Assembly (NCBI GenBank): GCA_964511835.1
Contig: CAZEII010000001.1
Location: 52,957-116,956, forward strand
Length of the DNA stretch: 64,000 nucleotides
Reading direction: 5' to 3'
Origin: an uncultured Acidobacteriota bacterium
GTDB taxonomy: Bacteria > Acidobacteriota > Polarisedimenticolia > Polarisedimenticolales > DASRJG01
A program made the position numbers and the translations under genes. The notes under the pieces were generated by a model. That model searched no databases. It was given only the letters and a program-made list of their open reading frames with translations, and was not told where the DNA came from. Shown one piece after another: positions 58,784 through 64,000 of this stretch (within the stretch, counting starts at the first letter, position 1; every line of letters begins with the position of its first letter).

Positions 58784-60148
58784 TCAAGTCCTGGCGACGA
58801 GCTCTCCGCGGAGCGAATAGGCGCTGGATTCGGCGATGCGCACGCACTCCAGGCGCCCTGGGGCTGATGAGCCGCCGAAATGCACCCAGCGGGCATCCGA
58901 GGTTCGCCCGGTCCATTCGCCGGCGTGCCGGACGTTCGGGCCGTCCACGAGAACCTCGACGTCCCGCCCGATCCAGCGGCGATTCCTCCGAGCCTGGATT
59001 CCCTTTTGTAGCTCGTTCAGCCTCGCCAAACGCTCGAATTTGACGCTCGGATGCAGGTCGGGACCGAGTCCGAGCGCCGCGGTGCCCGGGCGCACGGAGT
59101 AGGCGAAGGCGTAAACGGTGTCGTACTCGACCTCGGCGATCAGGGACAGCGTGTGGCCGAAGTCGGCCTCCGTCTCCGTCGGGAAGCCTACGATGACGTC
59201 GGTGCCGAAGCTGATCTCCGGCATGCGTTCGCGCAGCTTCCGGAGCTTCGCGAGGTACCCGTCCCGGTCGTATCCGCGCCGCATCGAGCGCAGAACGTCG
59301 GACGATCCCGACTGCACCGGAAGATGGAGGTACGAGCAGAGCTTCGGGCGCGCCGCCGCCATCGCGTCGATCAGCGCGTCGGTCATCTGAGCGGGATGCG
59401 ACGTGGTGAATCGCATCCGCTCGACGCCGTCGACCGCGGCGGCCGCGATCAGCAGATCTCCCAGAGTCTTCCCCTGAGCGTCCCGATAGGCGTTGACCGT
59501 TTGCCCGAGGAACTCGATCTCGCGGAAGCCGCGCTCGGTGAGCGCGCGCACCTCGTCGAGGACGTCCGCCATCTCGCGCGAGATCTCGCGCCCCCGCGTC
59601 TGCGGGACGATGCAAAAGGTGCAGCGGTGATTGCACCCTTCGATGATCGTGACGTAGGCCTTGGCCGGCCCCGCCGCGTCCCGGCGGATCTGGTCGAAGG
59701 GAAAGCGGATCGAGTCGTCCCGAAGCTCGACATCGACCGTGTGCCGGGCCGACTCGTCCCCCGACCGCAGGCGCTCGACGAGGACGGGAAGAGAGGCCGT
59801 GGCCCGAGTCCCGATGACGAAGTCCACGTGCGGCGCCCGCTCGAAGATCGCTCTCCCTTCCTGCTGCGCGACGCACCCCAGAACGCCGAGGATGACCTCC
59901 GGACGCCGGTCCTTGATCGGCTTCAGGCGCCCCAGCTCGGAGAACACCTTCTCTTGCGCTTTCTCGCGGATCGAGCAGGTGTTGAAGAGAACGACATCGG
60001 CGTGCTCCGGCGCGTCCGCGCGCCGGTAGCCGCGCCGCTCCAGCGCCCCCGACATCTTGTCGGCGTCGAGCGCGTTCATCTGGCAACCCCAGGTTTCGAT
60101 GTAGTAGCGCCCCCCTGTGCCGGGGCTGCTGGTCCCGTCGCCTCTCAT
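58784..60148 (-). CDS. miaB: tRNA-2-methylthio-N6-dimethylallyladenosine synthase
   Basis: 454 aa. It has the UPF0004 motif YYIETWGCQMN, the radical SAM motif CNHRCTFC, and a C-terminal TRAM domain. Confidence 0.95.
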   Translation of the reverse strand: MRGDGTSSPGTGGRYYIETWGCQMNALDADKMSGALERRGYRRADAPEHADVVLFNTCSIREKAQEKVFSELGRLKPIKDRRPEVILGVLGCVAQQEGRAIFERAPHVDFVIGTRATASLPVLVERLRSGDESARHTVDVELRDDSIRFPFDQIRRDAAGPAKAYVTIIEGCNHRCTFCIVPQTRGREISREMADVLDEVRALTERGFREIEFLGQTVNAYRDAQGKTLGDLLIAAAAVDGVERMRFTTSHPAQMTDALIDAMAAARPKLCSYLHLPVQSGSSDVLRSMRRGYDRDGYLAKLRKLRERMPEISFGTDVIVGFPTETEADFGHTLSLIAEVEYDTVYAFAYSVRPGTAALGLGPDLHPSVKFERLARLNELQKGIQARRNRRWIGRDVEVLVDGPNVRHAGEWTGRTSDARWVHFGGSSAPGRLECVRIAESSAYSLRGELVART

Positions 60149-60441
60149 CGTCCTTCGGCGGGCCCGTGGCCGTTGATCAGGTCGCGAAGCTCCTTCCCGG
60201 GCTTGAAGTACGGGATGCGCTTGGAGGGCACGTCCACGCGGTCTCCGGTCTTCGGGTTCCGTCCGAGCCGCGAGCGGCGCCGCCGCACTCGGAAGCTCCC
60301 GAAGCCGCGGAGCTCGATCTTGTCGTCGCTCCGGAGCGCTTCCATGATCTGGCCGAAGACCGTGTTGACGACGTTCTCAGCATCCTTCTTGCTGAGATCG
60401 GCGACCCGGATGACTTCCTCGACCAGATCGGCCTTCGTCAT
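60145..60441 (-). CDS. Integration host factor / HU-family DNA-bending protein
   Basis: 98 aa with the motif GFGSFRVRRRRSRLGRNPKTGDRVDVPSKRIPYFKPGKELR. ATGA overlap with miaB. Confidence 0.9.
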   Translation of the reverse strand: MTKADLVEEVIRVADLSKKDAENVVNTVFGQIMEALRSDDKIELRGFGSFRVRRRRSRLGRNPKTGDRVDVPSKRIPYFKPGKELRDLINGHGPAEGR

Positions 60442-60458
60442 GCTGCCCGCTCTTCCGG

Positions 60459-62219
60459 TCAGTCGGCGTCGCGCTCGTCGTCCGCATCGGACGCGGAGCG
60501 GCGCAGGTCGCCGGCGACGTCACCCAAGGTGGCGCCGCCGTCACCCTGCTGGCTCTCGCGGTACGAGTGGATCGAGCTGTCCTCCGGCTCGTCGAGAGCC
60601 GCCTTGATCGACAGGCCGATCTTCTTCTCGACGGCGTCCATCTTGATGATCTTGACCCGCGTCTCCTGCCCGACCTTGAAATGGTCCGCGGGGTTCTCGA
60701 TGCGCTCGGCCGACATCTCGGAGACGTGGACCAGCCCCTCGATCCCTTCGAACAGCTCGACGAACGCTCCGAACTCGGTCAGGCGGACGATCTTCCCGGT
60801 CAGCACGTCCCCCACCCCGTGGCTCCGGAAGAAGTCCTCGAGCACGTTCGGCTGGAGCTGCTTGATCCCCAGCGAGAGACGCTGGTTCTCCGAGTCGATC
60901 TTCAGGATCACCGCCTCGACGTCATCCCCTTTCTTGAGGACCTCGCCGGGGTTCTTGATCCGGCGCGTCCAGGAGAGGTCGGAGATGTGCACGAGGCCGT
61001 CGACCCCTTCTTCGACCTCGACGAAGGCTCCGAAATCCGTGATGTTCCGGACCTTGCCGTGGATGACGTCGCCGACCCGATACTTGGTGTCGATGAGATC
61101 CCACGGGTTGGGCTCGGTTTGCTTCAATCCGAGGGAGAGCCTCCGCCCTTCCTGATCGATGTCGAGAACGACGCACTCGACCCAGTCCCCGGCGTTCAGG
61201 ATCTTCGAGGGATGCTTGACTCGCTTGGTCCAGGACATCTCGGACACGTGGATCAGTCCCTCGACCCCCTCCTCGACCTCGATGAAGGCGCCGTAGTCCG
61301 TGAGGCTGACGACCTTTCCGCGGATCCGCGTCTGCGGCGGGTACTTCGAGGTCGCCGTCTCCCACGGGTCGTCCTGGAGCTGCTTGAAGCCGAGAGAGAC
61401 CCGCTCGCGCTCGCGGTCGAACTTGAGGACGACGACGTCGACCTCGTCCCCGATCTGGAATTTCTCCGACGGATGGTTGATGCGGCCCCACGCCATGTCG
61501 GTGATGTGAAGGAGGCCGTCGATCCCCCCGAGATCGATGAACGCTCCGTACTCGGTGAGATTCTTGACGGTGCCCCGCAGGATCTTCCCCTCTTCGAGAT
61601 CTTCGAGGGTCTTTTTCTTCTTCTCGGCGTTCTCCTCTTCGAGAACGGCCTTGCGCGAGAGCACGATATTGCCCCGGCGCTTGTTGACCTTGATGACGCG
61701 CATCCGGAACTCCTGCCCGCGGAGCGCGTCGAGGTTGCGAACCGGACGCACGTCGACGAGCGAGCCCGGGAGGAACGCCGGGACCCCGATGTCGACCTTG
61801 AGCCCCCCCTTGATGCGGTCGATCACGCGGCCCAGGACCGGCTCGCCCGTCTCGAAGGCGCGCTCGACGTCGTCCCAGACCTTCATCTTTTCCGCCTTCT
61901 CCTTCGAGAGCACGACGTACCCGTCGTTGTTCTCGGTGCGCTCGAGGAGAACCTCGATCCGGTCGCCGACCTTGACCGTCAGCTGGCCGTCGTAACCCTT
62001 GACCTCGTTGATGTCGATGACGCCCTCGGATTTGAATCCGATGTCGACGACGACTTCCTTCTCGAGGATTTTGAGAACGCGTCCGGAGACCACGTCCCCT
62101 TCCTTGAGGGACTTGAACCCGCTCTCCCAGGCCGCGAGCGCCTTGCCGAAGTCCTCGGCGTCCTCGATGGCATCGTGTCCGGGGGGGGCGACGACTTTTT
62201 CGTCTTCCTGAATGCTCAT
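60459..62219 (-). CDS. rpsA: 30S ribosomal protein S1
   Basis: 586 aa with six S1 (OB) repeats of the type G.V..ITDFGAFV.. and an acidic tail. Confidence 0.97.
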   Translation of the reverse strand: MSIQEDEKVVAPPGHDAIEDAEDFGKALAAWESGFKSLKEGDVVSGRVLKILEKEVVVDIGFKSEGVIDINEVKGYDGQLTVKVGDRIEVLLERTENNDGYVVLSKEKAEKMKVWDDVERAFETGEPVLGRVIDRIKGGLKVDIGVPAFLPGSLVDVRPVRNLDALRGQEFRMRVIKVNKRRGNIVLSRKAVLEEENAEKKKKTLEDLEEGKILRGTVKNLTEYGAFIDLGGIDGLLHITDMAWGRINHPSEKFQIGDEVDVVVLKFDRERERVSLGFKQLQDDPWETATSKYPPQTRIRGKVVSLTDYGAFIEVEEGVEGLIHVSEMSWTKRVKHPSKILNAGDWVECVVLDIDQEGRRLSLGLKQTEPNPWDLIDTKYRVGDVIHGKVRNITDFGAFVEVEEGVDGLVHISDLSWTRRIKNPGEVLKKGDDVEAVILKIDSENQRLSLGIKQLQPNVLEDFFRSHGVGDVLTGKIVRLTEFGAFVELFEGIEGLVHVSEMSAERIENPADHFKVGQETRVKIIKMDAVEKKIGLSIKAALDEPEDSSIHSYRESQQGDGGATLGDVAGDLRRSASDADDERDAD

Positions 62220-62333
62220 GTGGGGATCGTGCCTCCTGGTTCGGGCCGGCGTCCCGATCCTAAGCGCGCCGACTCCGTTGGTACCCGCTTGCGCGGGCTG
62301 CCGGTGTCGAGTTTCCGACCCGACAAAGGCGTC

Positions 62334-62362
62334 ATCGTAGAGAACGGCCGAAAGACTGTCAA
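62334..62362 (-). promoter_or_regulatory. Sigma70-type promoter of rpsA: TTGACA-N17-TACGAT (minus strand)
   Basis: TTGACA is the complement of 62357-62362 and TACGAT the complement of 62334-62339. A ~110-nt leader contains the hairpin CCCGC-TTGC-GCGGG and the RBS AGGAGG before ATG 62219. Confidence 0.5.
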
Positions 62363-62381
62363 GAATCGATCTGTCAGAGAA

Positions 62382-63143
62382 TTACGACGACCGGCGGCGT
62401 CCTGCGGTCGGGAAATCGGGGCGTGCGCCGGCCGCCCGCCTGAGCTCCGCGATCTCGCGTGCCGTCAGCGCCCTCACCCCCCCCGGCGGGAGCGTACCCA
62501 AGGAGACTCCTCCGTAGCGCAGGCGGCGAAGCCGCTGCACGGGATGCCCGACGGCTTGGAGCATGCGGCGGACCTGGCGGTTTCTCCCCTCCCCGATCGT
62601 GATCTCGATCCAGGCGTTGTCGGCCGGCCGGACGATGCGCACCTGCGACGGTCCGGTCCGCTTGCCGTCGAGCGGGATTCCGCGCGCCAGACGCCTTAGG
62701 GCCTCCGCGGCGGGAAGCCCCCGGACCTTCGCGAGGTAGGTCTTGAGCACGCCGCGGGACGGGTGCATCAGGTCGCGGGCGAGCGCCCCGTCGTCCGTGA
62801 GGATCAGGAGCCCCTCACTGTCATAATCCAGGCGGCCGACGGGATAGACGCGCGTCGACAGGCCGCGCAGGAAGTCCTTGACCGTGGGGCGTCCCTCCGG
62901 ATCGCTGAGCGTGGTGACGACTCCGCGGGGCTTGTGGAGTGCGAGGTAGGTGCGGCCCGCGGGGGCGGCTCCGATCCTCTTGCCGTCCACCTTGATCGCA
63001 TCGCGCGAAGGGTCGACCTTGGTGCCGAGCTCGACGACCACCGATCCGTTGACGGTGACCCGCCCCGCGGCGATCAAGCGCTCGGCGGCTCGTCGCGAGG
63101 CGAGCCCCGCGTGCGCGAGAACCTTTTGGAGCCTCTCGGTCAT
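62382..63143 (-). CDS. rluB: 23S rRNA pseudouridine synthase (RluB/RsuA family)
   Basis: Track ORF 62382..63788. Start at ATG 63143 (ATGA overlap with scpB stop). It has an S4 domain (ERLQKVLAHAGLASRRAAERLI) and the catalytic motif GRLDYDSEGLL. Confidence 0.9.
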   Translation of the reverse strand: MTERLQKVLAHAGLASRRAAERLIAAGRVTVNGSVVVELGTKVDPSRDAIKVDGKRIGAAPAGRTYLALHKPRGVVTTLSDPEGRPTVKDFLRGLSTRVYPVGRLDYDSEGLLILTDDGALARDLMHPSRGVLKTYLAKVRGLPAAEALRRLARGIPLDGKRTGPSQVRIVRPADNAWIEITIGEGRNRQVRRMLQAVGHPVQRLRRLRYGGVSLGTLPPGGVRALTAREIAELRRAAGARPDFPTAGRRRSS

Positions 63144-63748
63144 TCGCTCGCGGGCGGTGCCTCGTCCGTTTCCGGGACCTTCCCGCTCTCCATCGCTCCC
63201 AGGAACTGATCGAACTCCTCGATCGAGGGTAGGTCTTCCAGCCGGTTGAGGCCGAAGTGAACCAGGAACTGCTTCGTGGTGCCGTAGAGCAACGGGCTGC
63301 CGACGACCTTTTTCCGTCCGAGGATCCGGACCATCGACTTCTCGAGCAGACTCTTGAGCGCGCCGGTCGGGTCGACCCCGCGCATCGCCTGGATCTCCGG
63401 GACCGTGATCGGCTGCCGGTACGCGATGATCGCCAGCGTCTCGAGACCCGCCGGCGAGAGTCGCGTGCGATTGCGCTGGCGGAAGAACTGCCTGACGGTC
63501 GGACCGATCTCGGGCTTGGTCGCCAGGCGGAAGGCACCGGCGACCTGCTCCACCGTCAATCCGCCCGGACCTTGCACGTAGCGCGCGCGGAGCGCCTCGA
63601 TCGCCGCGTTGACGTCGGCTTCGGTCGCCCCCTCGAAGGCCGCCGCGATCTCCTTCGGATGCACGGGCTCGGCCGCGGCGAACAACACCGCTTCGACGGC
63701 GGCGACCAGATCCGCGGCGGGAGGCGGCGGCTCCATCGACTCGGTCAT
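63140..63748 (-). CDS. scpB: Segregation and condensation protein B
   Basis: 202 aa with LVAAVEAVLFAAAEPV and LETLAIIAYRQPITVPEI motifs. Confidence 0.9.
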   Translation of the reverse strand: MTESMEPPPPAADLVAAVEAVLFAAAEPVHPKEIAAAFEGATEADVNAAIEALRARYVQGPGGLTVEQVAGAFRLATKPEIGPTVRQFFRQRNRTRLSPAGLETLAIIAYRQPITVPEIQAMRGVDPTGALKSLLEKSMVRILGRKKVVGSPLLYGTTKQFLVHFGLNRLEDLPSIEEFDQFLGAMESGKVPETDEAPPASE

Positions 63749-64000
63749 GCTGTCTCCTCGGGATCCTTGCGGAGCGCGATGCGGACATCCCCCGACAGCG
63801 CGCGCTGGAAGACGACGATCACCTGGAGCCGGACCAGCTCGAGCACCGCGAGGAAAGCTGCGATCCGCTCGGTGCGATTCGGAAGCTCGGCGATCAGCGA
63901 GAGGAGATCGACCGAGCCTTTCTCTTCGAGGATGTCGCTCAGCCAGGCGACCTTGTCGGCCACCGACACGTCGTCCCGGTGCATTTGGAGCCTGGCGTCT
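63745..64000 (-). CDS. scpA: Segregation and condensation protein A (C-terminal part, runs off the right edge)
   Basis: The frame stays open upstream of the track Met (63984) to the window end. The C-terminus is RIAAFLAVLELVRLQVIVVFQ. ATGA-type overlap with scpB. Confidence 0.8.
   Translation of the reverse strand, partial: DARLQMHRDDVSVADKVAWLSDILEEKGSVDLLSLIAELPNRTERIAAFLAVLELVRLQVIVVFQRALSGDVRIALRKDPEETA

Overview
This is a high-G+C (by eye roughly 68-70 %) bacterial chromosomal segment from a diderm organism (lptE and a fused lptF/G are present). About 50 densely packed genes lie in four strand blocks, many joined by ATGA/GTGA/TGATG start-stop overlaps. Most of the window is core housekeeping: rsmA-rnj-ftsK, trxA, hemW, ltaE, acd-meaB-mce, mtnP, ribH-nusB-leuS-lptE-holA-guaA-dnaE-metK-ahcY, parAB, miaB, an IHF/HU protein, rpsA and rluB-scpB-scpA. 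Four parts are less ordinary. (1) At 0.2-10.8 kb, five GT-C-fold membrane glycosyltransferases cluster together: four TMTC-like with C-terminal TPR arrays and one family-39/ArnT-like. An apparently orphan AmmeMemoRadiSam radical-SAM enzyme and a CitE/HpcH-like lyase are translationally coupled into the same operon, which is closed by a 34-bp perfect hairpin. (2) A minimal MCP-CheW-CheA module has no CheY/CheB/CheR nearby. (3) A complete eight-gene MoxR-DUF58-DUF4381-BatA-BatB-BatC-BatD-BatE operon sits behind a consensus sigma70-type promoter. (4) There are several unusual fusions or variants: LptF-LptG, an alkaline-phosphatase fold plus TPR, methylmalonyl-CoA epimerase plus an unknown C-domain, and a secreted Cys-less YyaL/SPATA20-like protein. 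I saw no rRNA, tRNA, CRISPR, transposase, integrase or obvious phage/defence genes. I cannot demonstrate a clearly new system. The best candidate for undescribed biology is the GT-C/TPR plus radical-SAM operon. All family calls rest on motif recognition by eye, and no searches were run.
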